Positions 1 to 12,409 of a DNA stretch of 64,000 nucleotides are shown piece after piece. The position numbers were made by a program, and so were the translations under genes. The DNA lies in NCBI GenBank assembly GCA_030141605.1, contig JAQGDQ010000178.1, forward strand, positions 310,001-374,000, read 5' to 3'. Source of the DNA: Tubiluchus corallicola. Its lineage: Eukaryota > Animalia > Priapulida. Every line of letters begins with the position of its first letter. Positions within the stretch are counted from its first letter, which is position 1. The notes under the pieces were generated by a model that saw nothing but the letters and a program-made list of their open reading frames with translations, did not search any database and was not told the DNA's origin.

Positions 1-99
1 TGAGGAATTAGCTAAATCTTACGTAAATTCTATCCTATATAAAGAAAATTTTATCTAATTTATTTATGTATTTAATTAATTTATTGGGAAGTAATTCAC

Positions 100-400
100 A
101 ATTCCCCAAACCCTAGCTGTAATCCCAACACTAATCCTAACCCTAATCCTAATTCTAACTATAACCCAAACCGTAATTCTAATCCTAACTTTAACCCTAA
201 TCCCAACCCTAATCCTGACCATAACCAAAACCCTAATCCCAACCCTAAGCCAAACCATAATTCTAATCTTAATTTTTCCCTAATCCCAATCCTAAACCAA
301 ACCGTAATCCTAGTCTTAACTTTTACCATAACCCCAATCCTAACCCAAACCATAATCCTAATCCTAACTTTTACAGTTATCCAAGCCCTAATCCTAAACT
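100..400. repeat. Degenerate telomere-like hexamer array (CCCTAA/CCTAAT/ACCATA variants), interstitial
   Basis: About 50 imperfect 6-bp units such as aaccctaatcctaattctaactataacccaaaccgtaa, with ordinary sequence on both sides. The ORFs 76-258 and 159-407 are artefacts of this array. Confidence 0.85.
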
Positions 401-699
401 GCTTCACGAACTAATTTCTTGGTTGTTTGGAATCGTTCACTTTAGCCCGTTACTGTAATTAATTTATTATAAAATCAGGTTTATTGAATTATTTCAGCAT
501 CGACACTGATTACATCCAGGATGAGAAAGCTATATTGGAGTTTATGTACTGAAATCATACTAAACAACACAGATGTATGACAAGCCAAATGTTCAACACG
601 CCTGCTAGACCTGTTATTGAAGATGGGCAGTATTGGTTAGTATTGAAAAATGTGGTTCTTATTAAAGGAAAGAAGAAGTCTCTCAATATATTGAGTTTA

Positions 700-1115
700 T
701 TTTACTGTTATCGCTTAAACTTGGAAAAATAAACAAAAGAATTAGCAAAGAACTGCCTATAAAGCTCAAATTTAAAATATACTACCTCTGAATAGAAATT
801 TTCAGGCGTGGTGGTTACCGACATTCACTTGAAAATCATGATGTAACTGGTAGACTTCGTGACTTTTCGTACGGGCTTCGTGGCTTTCCATGAATGCACG
901 CTGCTTAAACTAATTCAAACTTCTGCAGCTTACCTAATCTTCATGCAGAAGTATTATAAAATGAGCTATCTAATTTTTTCCTGAAAATTTGTTGTACGTT
1001 TCACGAAGATTGAAAGTGCGCTACTTTTCTTCAGGACAAATGGCGTCATTGGAGGAAAAATGGGTATTGAAAATGGGAGCGCCAAAGCGTGAAGTGCTCG
1101 CGACTTTAAAGTGAT
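700..1115. repeat. Dispersed repeat, copy 1 (homologous to about 5355-5680)
   Basis: Blocks shared in the same order: ttttactgttatc, aaattttcagg, gcacgctgcttaaac, ttttcttcag, gtcattgg, aagcgtgaa..tcg.gactttaaagtga. Confidence 0.65.
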
Positions 1116-1877
1116 TTTACACGAAGTTCTTATTACAGTCTTATTACTATATCCTTCTAACATTTTTCGCGAACGTTGAAATACGTCCGACTTCCCAGAA
1201 GACATGGCCTTTCCTTTTAAATGTAGCGTTTTTGCGTAGGCGTTGAAATGCTCCCTGAGTGTGTGTTTGTGTGTCATACCACAACGCCGTGTTTATATTT
1301 TCATTTTTCTACGTTCCTTAGGGCCTGTGACTAGTGCTTAATCGTGTTCTTTTCTCCACAGTCATCCATCCTTGCACTAAGTAGGCGGTACATTGTGTAA
1401 CTGTTGCTGCTTTGTCATTTAGAGATCAGCTCTGTTCAGTCGTTTGTGGAACAACTGCAAGTCGTAGTCCAGCACCCGGGGTCCGTGTGCACGAACCATT
1501 TGCACGCTTTTCGGTTGCTGCACCGCCATTTGCTTCGGTATGAATACGCTGCCGATGAGGAAGATGCCGGGGTTGCCATGGAGACGAATGCTGCTGCACC
1601 GGGGATTGAAGGAATGATTGCGGGATGGATTTTAACTTACATGAACTGCATTGGTAGCATTCTGTCTGGGAGTAAAACAAGGAAACGTGAAAGAGTCGTA
1701 GTTGATGACGATGATAATGGCAGGGATGATGCTGAAGATGATGATGTTTTGGGTCTGGCTATAAAGGACTGTCAGTTTTTGTGTGAACGGGTTTGTACGA
1801 TTTTTAGCTTTTTTAAAATTTCTTAAGAAACCGTCAAAATACAGGGTGGTACATAATTCTTTGCTAGGAGTTTACAA

Positions 1878-2344
1878 CAGTGGTTCCCAAATGTTTGTTT
1901 CCAGAACCGCAACCCCACGAAGAACATAATCACATGTTATACTAATAAAAAGCATTTATTAATTTTAACTTACTGTTCAACAAATTATTGAACAATGAGT
2001 GATTGTTTCATTAATTCATTAATGTGATGGTTGCGCCTGTTTCTCGGCGACCAGTGTTGCAGTGCAATAAGTATCCAAGGAGATCCGACCTAAAATGAAT
2101 AGCAACAGGCTTTCGGGTGGTGCTTCCGCATTTTAATTTTCCCGGACAATCAAGCACTGCTATACCGCATTTAGAGAGGGAAAACTCAGTTTCACGTTCC
2201 AGAACAAAATCATGTAATGTGAGACTGAGGAAACAAAACCTACTTACATACTTTTCGTGAAAATATCATTTTTTAAAAATAGTTTTTAGACTAGCCCTCA
2301 ACCCCACAAAAACTGCTTCGCCACCCGAAGGTTGGGATCCCATG
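1878..2344. mobile_element. Non-autonomous hAT-like DNA transposon (MITE)
   Basis: TIRs cagtggttcccaa (1878) and ttgggatcccatg (ends 2344). 8-bp target-site duplication gtttacaa/gtttacag (7/8 match). Confidence 0.8.
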
Positions 2345-2347
2345 GTT

Positions 2348-3060
2348 TACAGAACTGTTTATTAGATCAAAGTACTGCTAAAACGATAGCAAATATCATT
2401 AAATTTTGTTACAGAAACAACAAGTACATAACTGTTTATTAGACCAAAGTACGGCTGAAACAATAGCAAATATCATTAAATTTTGTTACAGAAACAACAA
2501 GTACAGAACTGTTTATTAGGTCAAAGTACTGCTGAAACAATAGCAAATATCATTAAATTTTGTTACAGAAACAACAAGTACAGAACTGTTTATTAGATCA
2601 AAGTACTGCTGAAACAATAGCAAATATCATTAATTTCTGTAGAACTGGCATGGCAATTCATTGCAAATTTTGGCTTTGGAATGACATAAATGACAATCTA
2701 AATACTATTCAGCCAGTTCAAAATTTAAAAAGAAATGTAAAGCAACGATTTTCAATAAATACGATACTTCTTAATATCCTACACCTACTGCAGCAGCCAT
2801 ACCACAATCCTCGTACAGATTATACAAAAAAGACATCATTGATAAGTCTATAAAGCTGATGTAAACATCGCACAATCTACTATCTTTCTTCCTATCATTT
2901 CCACTAACATATCTTTCTACCCTTCCTGTGTGATCTAACCTTTCTCCCTGTTCTTTTTTTTGTTCACTCATCCATTCCTTTTTTATCTGGTTCACATGAC
3001 AATGGGCTTATGCAAGCCTTTGCTTCTCTAGCCCACTGCAGTACAATTAATCTTTTATGA
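2348..3060 (+). mobile_element. Probable LINE 3' remnant whose ORF2 end is amplified as a 77-bp tandem repeat (about 3.7 copies, 2348-2635)
   Basis: The unit agaactgtttattagatcaaagtactgc...caacaagtac recurs every 77 bp. The translation LLDQSTAETIANIINFCRTGMA resembles non-LTR ORF2 C-termini, and gggcttatgcaagcctttgcttctctagccc near 3003 resembles LINE 3' ends. The tandem repeat is certain; the LINE origin is inferred. Confidence 0.5.
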
Positions 3061-3248
3061 TAACGATAGTGTATGAAACATCAGTATGAAGTGACAATTT
3101 TGATGTCACCATGTATTGAATGTCACTATATTGTACTGAATGTGATAATAGCAAAAGCTTTAAAGCTTCACCAAAAAGCAGAAACTTGTAGAATTCCATC
3201 TACGATGCCTTCAAAGCCTGATACGTTTCCCTGGCCTGCAGTCTTGAC

Positions 3249-3654
3249 TAAGGGTGAGCATTCTCTACCAGAAAGCGGACTTGAATCAAATCAAATTTGC
3301 GACTTTCGAATTCGAATCGAACCGAATTTCAGTATTTCGAATTCAAATTGAATTTGAATTGAGTGTGAAAGATTTTCGAGCAAGTTTTCGAACCACTAGT
3401 AAAAAGTGGTCTTACAAACATTATGCATATCACTTGATTTTGTACTGCAGTAAAACCGCTGTTAGTTTGTTAAAAATTTTGCACAGAAACTGCAGCTAAA
3501 TTGTGCTAACTGCATACTGTTTCAAATATTTTACTGATAAAGAAGATTTGTGACTGAAGTGCTGAATTATTTAAAGCTAAAATTTTAGGTTAGGATCAAA
3601 TCCGAACTAAAAAACTTGTTCGAATCGAATTCGACCATTTCATACTCACCCCTA
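3249..3654. mobile_element. hAT-like MITE rich in ttcgaa motifs, copy 1
   Basis: TIRs taagggtgagca / tactcaccccta; flanks gtcttgac/gtcctgag form a degenerate 8-bp TSD. Related copies at 33981-34255 and 60650-60763. Confidence 0.75.
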
Positions 3655-3728
3655 GTCCTGAGGGGTGCGACTGGTGCAGTAACCAAAAGAACTCCATATC
3701 CTCCAATACCGATGAATAGCACGCTCTT

Positions 3729-4192
3729 CAGGGTTCCCACGGTCCGGAAAAATCCTGGAAAATCTTTGAAAATACACGCTATCCTGGAGAGTCATGGAAA
3801 AAGATAATTTGATAAAAAGTCAGAGAAAATGATGAAAATGGGGCAAAAAGTCAGGGAAATTGGAAGAGGTTGCAAGAATAATCACCACGAGCCAATATTT
3901 TTTCAAACATGTTTTTCGGCAGTTTGTCGTAGGCTCCCAGTTTCAATTTCTGTTCCAAAAATAATGATTGGATTAAGAAAGTTTATTTAATGTGATTAGT
4001 GTAATTTTTTTGTTAGCACTGCTGCAACTGCGCTCACACATTATACATCAGTGTATGTATGAATGTCCGTACACAAAAATGTTTGAATATGTATACTGGT
4101 AATGTAAATTCTGCTTATCTTGGTCATGAAAAATCAATATTTGGTCAGGGAAAAGTCAGCGAAATTTATTTTAAAGTTCTATGGGAGCCTTG
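3729..4192. mobile_element. hAT-like MITE
   Basis: TIRs cagggttccca ... tgggagccttg; subterminal repeats gtcagggaaa/gtcatggaaa. Confidence 0.6.
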
Positions 4193-5354
4193 GTTCTTGG
4201 ATCTTTTTAGTGTCCTCTCTGTCTTTCAGGTTGCTTCCTGTGTTTTGGCAAGTAAGTAAGTAAGTAAGTATCTTTATTTATCACCTTTTTTACAAGAAAA
4301 ACACAGAGCATGAAACGATAATATGATAATATGATACAAAGTGACAAAATTATTAAATGAATAAATTATCTGAGTTAATGATATTCAAGTGATTGGTGAA
4401 AGGGAAGCGAAAAACCAAAAGTTACCAAAGTCAACCACCCTGTAAGTAATGTTGCCATTAGTAATACGCGCAATTATCTTGACGAAGATTTCAGAATAAG
4501 GTGTGTAAAACTATTGAGATTAAGTTTAAATTTGAACATAAATATCATGGACATAAAGGCATAATAAATACATATAATGTTGATATTCTAAGCAATGTGT
4601 AGATTTATGCAGACAGAATTGCCTTACTTCTTAACTTTCATTTACATGTCAGTGCTGAATATGGCACGTTTCCAATAAGGCATGAGGCTTCTATCTGCTG
4701 TAAAATTACATTATAATGAATAGTGCTAATGGCTATATATATATATATATGTGTGTGTGTATACATTGATGCCAGTGAATACTTATGCGACATTGATGTC
4801 CAGTGAATAAGCATTGCTTCACACTTCGTTGTAGGCCAGAGATGTTACTGGAACGAAATTTCCGGTTGAATTTGCCGATGATGGCACTTTTTCCAGGTTT
4901 TACTAGTATTTGTCCAATTTACCTTTCCTTTTCTCCTAGATCTCAAAAACTGCTGAAAAATCTTGACTAAATTCAGTTTATTACATGGACAATTGAGCAC
5001 AATGCCAGTTATACTATACACTTGAATGACAATTACATGGGTAATTTATTACGATGCAAATTTAACACTGCGTTTACGTTACAAGGGCAGATCCTTGCAA
5101 TCAGGGTAAAAAGCACTTTAACTTGAAATGTGCCATACTGGTGTAGTTCTCAACATCAGGCTTTCATGTTAAATTTCGAAGGCATGATAGATTCGCCATT
5201 GCTTTAGCTGTACCTTGAAGTAATATATTGTTCTGTGCTGTTAGTCATTGTTTTAGTATCTCAGTACCAACCCTGTATTCTCTATTGGTGAAATGAAGTT
5301 TCTATAGGATTTTCTATTAAAGGAATGGACACATTACTTAGCATTATAAGGTTA

Positions 5355-5680
5355 TTTTACTGTTATCATTTAAATTTAGAAAAATATTTGCTATAAAGCA
5401 TAAAATTAATTTATAGTGCCATTGTATAAAATTTTCAGGTGCGCATCGTGGTTTTCAGTAAGCACGCTGCTTAAACCAATTTTAGACTTTTGCAGTTTAC
5501 CCAATGTTCTCACAAAACTATTACAAAATTAACTAACTAACTTTTTTGTGAAAACCTACTTTTACGAAATTTGGCAGTACACTGCTTTTCTTCAGTCAAT
5601 GAATGACGTCATTGGTTGAAGAATTGGTGTTTGAAATGGAAGAATCCAAGCGTGAAATGATCGTGACTTTAAAGTGACTT
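5355..5680. repeat. Dispersed repeat, copy 2 (homologous to 700-1115)
   Basis: Same conserved blocks as copy 1, with an internal deletion. Confidence 0.65.
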
Positions 5681-5754
5681 GTTGAAAACATGTGGTGCTT
5701 ATTATTACACTTATGATGGGCCAGGAAAAATTGCTTCTGTTCTTGTTTCTCACA

Positions 5755-5880
5755 ACAATACTCACCTTTTTGTACGGTATTAACGCATGTTCTGATAATT
5801 ATGGTATAAGTGGCAACACTACTCGCCTTTTTGTACAGTATTAACGCATGTTCTGATAATTATGGTATAAGTGGCAACAC
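5755..5880. repeat. About 59-bp tandem duplication
   Basis: ctc.cctttttgtac.gtattaacgcatgttctgataattatggtataagtggcaacac occurs twice. Confidence 0.9.
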
Positions 5881-6594
5881 TTCTCAGCTGTTAATATGCT
5901 GGTGGAAAATATATTAATTTTTAGCCTCCAATACAAATGGCATCATACAAAATGGCTTAGACTTAATCGTAGAAAACCACAGATGTATGCCCACTGAAAC
6001 AATGATGTCATAATAATTATTGCAATTTACATTTTAAATTGAGAAATACGGTTTTATATGTTAAGTATATGAACGTGTCAAAGATCACAAAATTCCCGGC
6101 CGGGTGTGTGATAAAGTAATATTACCCGGGCGATTAGATGGAAACAGAAGTATTTTTACTGCGACTCTTGTTTATTCTATTTTAGTTTGCTGCAATAACA
6201 TCGGAGGAGATTTGTCAACAGTGGAAACCTTTTGTGAGATCCCGTTTAAAGTAAGTTTACATTGTTATTCGCATCTCGGTGTCATCTAGTGTGTGTCTGT
6301 GTATTACATAGTTTAAGAAACGTCAACCGACCCAGAGGGGGTTAGGGGCATCCACTTTGCAATGGCCAATCACTGTCTGTTCTCTTGTTGTCTTCTCTGC
6401 TGTTGGCAAGACCAGCTTTACCACTAGGCAAACTGGACAGTTGCTTAGGGCGCCATATTCTGGAAGTAATTCTTTCATTGTTAAATGTAGTATAAGTAAT
6501 TGCATAGCTTGTGTGTATTTCTTTAAGTGCACAATACTAACTTAATAAAATGAACATGTTGCGTTATCTTGCTGCCCACGCGTATGATTCATCG

Positions 6595-6845
6595 TATAAG
6601 TATGAACTGTAAATCATCAATAAGTATGGATTGTAAGTCACCAATAAGTATGGATTGTAAGTCACCAATAAGTATGGATTGTAAGTCATCAATAAGTATG
6701 AATTGTAAGTCATCAATATGTCTGGATTGTAAAACATCAATAAATCTGGATTGATTGTAAATCATCAAAAGTCTGGATTATAAATCATCAATAAGTCTGG
6801 ATTCTAAATCATCAATAAGTCTGGATTGTAAATCATCATTAAGTC
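6595..6845. repeat. About 21-bp minisatellite
   Basis: ataagt(a/c)tggattgtaa(g/a)tca(t/c)ca repeated about 11 times. Confidence 0.9.
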
Positions 6846-6884
6846 TCATAATTTTTTTTAATTTATAATTTTAGGTTGTTAGTT

Positions 6885-7815
6885 CACCTTTTTGTCTTAC
6901 ATCATTCTCTATTCTTTTTTGCCAACCAATGCAAAAACTGGTATCACCTGAATGCAGATCTACATAACATGATCTATGATCTATGAAAAGCGGAATTATT
7001 TTCAGTATTTGTGTGTCTGTTCACTTGTTCGATGTGTTCAGTTTGTTCATTTGCAGTACTGCACCCGATTCTGTTAAAAAAATTTGTTTTTGCAGTTCAT
7101 AATTCTTTTTGATATGTAATCCTACATTCTTAATAATGTAATCTACAATGTCACAGTATTGCTAATTATATGCAGCATTATAGTTCTATGCCTATACAGT
7201 AGGTCTGGAAATCATTTTCACAGCATTGTGTGAAGTCAAAGAATGTGAAAAAACAATGAGCTAGAATGGAATGTCTACCTCGCTTACTTAAATAAAGCTC
7301 AAATTAAGTCTCTTAAATAAAGACTATATCAGCACTCAAGGTGACCCACCCATCTTAAACTGGGTAATAAAAATAGAATGCAAATCAGTCTCCCACCCAC
7401 AGGGAAAAATTTGACATAAATATGAATGTAACTATAAAATCACTGAACGAACACCCACCAAGAGCAGCACGAGACACGCGAGATAGATATCCTGTTTCAG
7501 AAAAAGCTGAGATTGGAACAATGTTAGCAAGTTTTAGGGTGCTAGATGATGATGATGATTAGGGACAGTAATTCCAAATTTGAAGCAAAGGCAAGACGCG
7601 GTACCAACAATTGTGACATTTTCTTGCGTGAGGAACTAGATTATGAGCAGCAGTCGCAGTATAATGTTACTATTACGATGCGTGATGCAGGCATTATTCA
7701 AAATGAAGGCACACATGTATTCACTTTCTATGTAGCAGATGTCCATTTCAATCCTGTATTTGATGCAGAAATGTATTACGCCACTATAAAAGACAATGAC
7801 CCAGTAGGGACGATG
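6885..7815 (+). pseudogene. Truncated cadherin-like pseudogene (paralogue of 10472-12409) with part of its 5' flank
   Basis: 7560-7815 encodes IRDSNSKFEAKARRGTNNCDIFLREELDYEQQSQY...VADVHFNPVFDAEMYYATIKDNDPVGT, near-identical in its second half to the intact gene. The upstream part is frameshifted and deleted. 6885-7200 matches the reverse complement of 20520-20820. Homology stops at about 7815, where a repeat also seen at about 17278 begins. Confidence 0.85.
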
Positions 7816-8354
7816 CTATGTTTTGACCTACAGCAACTGTGTGTGCACGCAACAAAACTGCGAAAACGCTTATTAAGTAAATTTATTGCAAATCTTTTTG
7901 CAGCCAGTCCATGCAGGAAAGTCAACAGGCTGTGCTCACACACCAAGTACAAAACAACTGATTTGATTTCAACAGCGTTTTTCAATATCTGCCATGCCAA
8001 TGTCTGGAAAGGAAATAAATTAAACAATGTGATGCTGTTCAAATCAGACCAAATTCTTTTGAAGATGAAAACTTTCTGAGAAAGATAAACTGGGAATTGA
8101 ACCAGGAATTTACACAGGAAAAGTTCATTTTCAGTGCAAAAGTTTTTGCATTTTGTTTATCCACACACTTAGTAAATCAAATCAAGCGCCACTGATGACC
8201 AAAATGGTAAGATAAGAATATAAATTTCATTATCCATACGTTTAAGCCATATTGTCTTTCAAAAGTTGATTTGACTAATCCCATCTATCCCATTAAGCGG
8301 GGATGATTCTTTATTTTCTCCCCCCAGTTCCCAGTTACACCATTATAATGAGAA

Positions 8355-8690
8355 TTTCTACTGTATTTCTAACAAAAGAAGCCAACTATCATATTTCCAG
8401 CAAGAGAAGCCAAATTACTGTATTTCTAACAAAAGATGCCACTGTACTATATTTTTAACAAAAGAAGCCAGTTTACTATATTTCTAACAGTTTACTGTAT
8501 TTTCTGTATGATTATGTGGTGAAGCTCACAGTTACTGTATGATTATGTGGTGAAGCTCACAGTTACTGTATGATTATGTGGTGAAGCTCACAGTTACTGC
8601 ATGATTATGTCGTGAAGCTCACAGTTACTGCATGATTATGTCGTGAAGCTCACAGTTACTGCATGATTATGTGGTGAAGCTCACAATTCT
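8355..8690. repeat. Two adjacent minisatellites (about 35-bp degenerate unit, then 31-bp unit x6)
   Basis: ctactgtatttctaacaaaagaagccaa-like units at 8355-8500; tatgattatgtggtgaagctcacagttactg x6 at 8505-8690. Confidence 0.9.
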
Positions 8691-10471
8691 ATCTATTTGG
8701 TTAATTGACTAAACTCTATAAACAAATTTGAAAAAACTCTAAAGGTAAGTGCTTACTGACTGCTTCTTGGAATAATAAAACTTCACCATAAACAAAGTAA
8801 AATGCAGGTAAGTTGTTCATATCACATGCACTTTATTTTCTAAACCAGAAGTAATACAACACAGTGTTCTCTCTAAAGTTCTGCCAAGCCAACTGAACAG
8901 GTAAAACTTTTCCATGAAGTGAAAGGAAGCCACCAGCAATTGATTAAAGGTAAATGTTATGTATACAAGTTCAAGGTTCTGTACAATGATGAAAGTTTAA
9001 ATTGTATACAGAGAAATAAAACAGTTTTATAGCTGAAATTTAGTAAGTACTTTGAATGACATTTTAATTAAATATTTTAGAAAAGAATGTAATAATACGG
9101 CTGTCCAAAGGATAAATACTTGTACAATAATGCTATTGATAATTATGATTAATTATAACGAACTAATAATCAGTTAACCAAATTGATGGAATTGGGAACT
9201 TCACGACAGATTATGACGCACAATCATTATACCTGCACATTTGCCGCTGCCATGTTTTTGAGTATGACCACAACACGAAAGCACAAATTGCAGCATTCTC
9301 GAACACACAGAAAAATGTTACCTCAAGTAATAGTTGCAACTTTGATGTGTACTAGAATGTGGAATGGTTTTGTCATTTTTGTTAATAAAGAAAGGAAAAA
9401 ACTGAAACTTTTGTTATTAAAATTTTATGAAAAAATACTTTAAGAATATACATGTATTGTGTCCCTCTGCAAGAAGTGGCCCGGGTAAGATTTTCCGGAC
9501 GCTAGATATTTTCTAAAAGTAGCCGGCAGTGGTGGGCATATTCGACCATTAGGAATCAGTTACTGTGGTTACTTAACCGCACGTCTCTGGCATTGGTTAC
9601 TTTCCGGAGTAATCGAATACTAAATATTTTCTTTTACTATGTTCATCATTATCATCATAATCGTCATCATCATCATCATCATCAGATGCTCATTACATCT
9701 ATTGTAGACATTGGGCAAGCAGAATTCTAAAATAAAACAAATCTGCCTTCAAACAGGTAAACACAGCAGTAATCCCGCAAAACAACTAGGCAATGTTATG
9801 TCAGTGGCTTGTCAGCACCATTTCCATAGTGCCTTTGACACAAGTGACTTTTTTGGTAATGAGTTTATAATAATTTGACATTTGAAAACTCCAGAAAGAG
9901 TTCGAGTTTGAAAAGCCAAGTAAAGATGACAAAGTCGGAAATGCTCTTTGGGAACAAACAAACGTCTTATTTTAAGTATGTGAAGGAAAAATATTGAGTC
10001 AATTATGAGGAATTATTTGAGTTAAATACAGGCAATTTTTATGTACATTTGAGTAGAAGCGGCTATGCCATGCATTTTTGAATTAGTTAAGCGGTTGAAT
10101 CTATTAACCGTTAGCCTACTGTACAAATATACATATATATTCGATTCAATATAAGATTCCATGCTATAGCCCTATAGAAAATGTTAAACAATGTTATATT
10201 GTTGCTAATTGTGTGTAGGCTTATTGTTCTATACCTATACAGAATTGGAAGTCATTTTCACAGCATCGTGTGCTGTTAAACAATGCGAAGCAGCTGAACA
10301 GGAATGGAATGTCTCCCTGGGTAGCTTTCAACTAAGCACAAATTTGGAGGAGAATTAAAAAAGTGGGAAAAGGAGGATATCACAAGACGATGCAGAATGG
10401 ATCACTTGAGCTGGAATGCTGATTTGACATACTTTGCATTACTCAAAGCAGCATTCTTTATTTAAGACAAA

Positions 10472-12409
10472 ATGCATTTCATCGTTCATGATCGTGTTTG
10501 CCGTACTTTCACTGGCAAAGCTGTGGCCAGTATTTTGCACAATATTGTACTTATCACGATAGTTTTTCTTGGTTTTGTAGTCCTGGCTTCTTCAGCAATA
10601 GATATAACTCGGTGCAATGATATAATGAAATCGCAGTATTATTTAACTGTTATGGACAATCGTGAGCCTATGAAAGATGTTACTAAGTTCTACGGTATAA
10701 ATGATGGTATTGTTTTCTTCTTTGTAAGATTCGAATTAGTGGAAGACCCAGCACGACTGATTGGTTTGGGAAGCTCAGGGAATGACAATTTCACATACGC
10801 ATTCAATTTATATATTAAAAGGTCTGTAAAAGACTATCTCAGAGAACAAGATGACCAACCCTTAAACTGGACGGCAATAGTCAAATGCTCTTCAAAGTTT
10901 GCACACCGCGATCAATTGAACATAAAAATTAAAGTTACTATAGAATCAGCGAATGAACACAAACCAAGAGCAGCATCAGACACGCCAGATAGATATCCTG
11001 TTTCGGAAGAAACTAAGATTGGAACAATGTTAGCAAGTTTTGTGGTGCTAGATGATGATGATACTGCCCCAAACTATTATTTTTCAACGTGTTCCATCAA
11101 GGGCAATAATTCCAAATTTGCAGCGAAAGCAAAAAGCGGTACCAACAATTGTGAGATTTTCTTGAGCAAGAAACTAGATTATGAGCAGCAGTCGCTGTAT
11201 AAGGTCGAAGTTGCGATGCGTGATGCAGGTGTTGTTCCAAAAGAAGGCACACATGTATTCACTTTCGATGTAGCAGATGTCCATTTCAATCCTGTATTTG
11301 ATGCAGAAATGTATTACGCCACTATAAAAGACAATGACCCAGTAGGGACGATAATAAATGTCCAGCCAAACAGAATTTCTGCTGTCGACGGTGAATCGGG
11401 CAAAAGTGATGAACACATAAGATACAGCCTGGTAATTGGAGGTAAACCTTTTCAGTTTGTCAATGCAGACAATAAAGAAACGCCAGAGGAACGTGTAGGG
11501 GACATAAAAATAATAGGAAAGATAACAGAACTCGAGTATTTCATGCCAGTCAAAGCCACTTACGTGAAGGATGGCGAACCCGAGTACTACACTGCAATGA
11601 CAGGCATACACATTACAGTGCAAATTCAAGGCCCACCCCCTGGATTTACTCAAAATTTGTACAAAGCTACAGTTGTGGAAAGTGTTCCTGTAGGACGGAG
11701 CGTATTGGTTGTCCAAACCGAAGATTTATCCCGGACAAACATCCCGGAGTTTTCTTATAGTCTGAAGACGAAGACTGGCAAATCAGTAAGTGAGTTTACA
11801 GTGGACGGCTATGGTATAATAACAGTTACGGAAAACCTGACTCCAGGAGTCCATGTTTTTGTTGCAGTGGCTGCAAATGCTGATGGGTCGAGGGAGGCTG
11901 ACATTGAGGTGACCGTTTTGGCAGAAATTAATGAGAATCCAAAGTTCTCAAAGGACTTTTATGATTTCCAATTTGCGAAAAACGTTTCGGCCGATAATGA
12001 CATTACAAATGTAGTAAGAGCAACACCTGCAGATGTCGTTAAGTTTAGAATGCTTACTATGCACGAGTACTTTGTCATCGAGTCTCGAAAGCAGGGAATC
12101 GGCGTCATTACAGGCACGGATATGATAAAAACTTTGCCGTGGGGAAAGTACAGTTTAGTTGTCCTTGCCTGCATAGATGGAAATGTAGCAATTGGTGAGG
12201 ATGAGTTGTGCAGTGCAGTTGAAGTAGAGGCCAATATAATAAAAGAGATCGATAGTGGTTGGATAGAGGCACTGCGTGATGATTCAACGACTAGCTACAG
12301 CATGAACGAAGTTCTCATACTTGTAGCTTTTGCTTTGGTTCTGTTTGGCATCGTATGCATCCTAATCTACATGATTATTATGCAGCAGCGATACAAAATG
12401 GGAACCTGA
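10472..12409 (+). CDS. Cadherin-domain type I membrane protein (about 5 divergent EC repeats, N-terminal signal/hydrophobic segment, C-terminal TM helix, about 9-aa cytoplasmic tail); coding region intronless
   Basis: 645-aa ORF with cadherin motifs YPVSEETKIGT, LDDDD, LDYEQQSLY, YYATIKDNDPVGT, SAVDGES, YKATVVESVPVG and EINENPKF. Hydrophobic IVLITIVFLGFVVLASS near the start; TM VLILVAFALVLFGIVCILIYMII near the end; aataaa near 12716. Confidence 0.9.
   Translation: MHFIVHDRVCRTFTGKAVASILHNIVLITIVFLGFVVLASSAIDITRCNDIMKSQYYLTVMDNREPMKDVTKFYGINDGIVFFFVRFELVEDPARLIGLGSSGNDNFTYAFNLYIKRSVKDYLREQDDQPLNWTAIVKCSSKFAHRDQLNIKIKVTIESANEHKPRAASDTPDRYPVSEETKIGTMLASFVVLDDDDTAPNYYFSTCSIKGNNSKFAAKAKSGTNNCEIFLSKKLDYEQQSLYKVEVAMRDAGVVPKEGTHVFTFDVADVHFNPVFDAEMYYATIKDNDPVGTIINVQPNRISAVDGESGKSDEHIRYSLVIGGKPFQFVNADNKETPEERVGDIKIIGKITELEYFMPVKATYVKDGEPEYYTAMTGIHITVQIQGPPPGFTQNLYKATVVESVPVGRSVLVVQTEDLSRTNIPEFSYSLKTKTGKSVSEFTVDGYGIITVTENLTPGVHVFVAVAANADGSREADIEVTVLAEINENPKFSKDFYDFQFAKNVSADNDITNVVRATPADVVKFRMLTMHEYFVIESRKQGIGVITGTDMIKTLPWGKYSLVVLACIDGNVAIGEDELCSAVEVEANIIKEIDSGWIEALRDDSTTSYSMNEVLILVAFALVLFGIVCILIYMIIMQQRYKMGT

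Noticed and set aside
1404-1826. 140-aa plus-strand ORF
   Set aside because: TTG start, includes a (GAT)n microsatellite and has no recognisable domain; the splice signals favour the minus strand if anything.
6295-6600. Possible solo LTR (TG start, AATAAA near 6544)
   Set aside because: I could not define a CA end or a target-site duplication, and there is no second copy in the window.
8505-8690. 31-bp repeats as a CRISPR array
   Set aside because: No spacers; an ordinary minisatellite.
11174-12234. Antisense ORFs overlapping the cadherin gene (likewise those opposite the zinc-finger, cGLR and PKD genes)
   Set aside because: Shadow ORFs of real coding sequence with no independent motifs.
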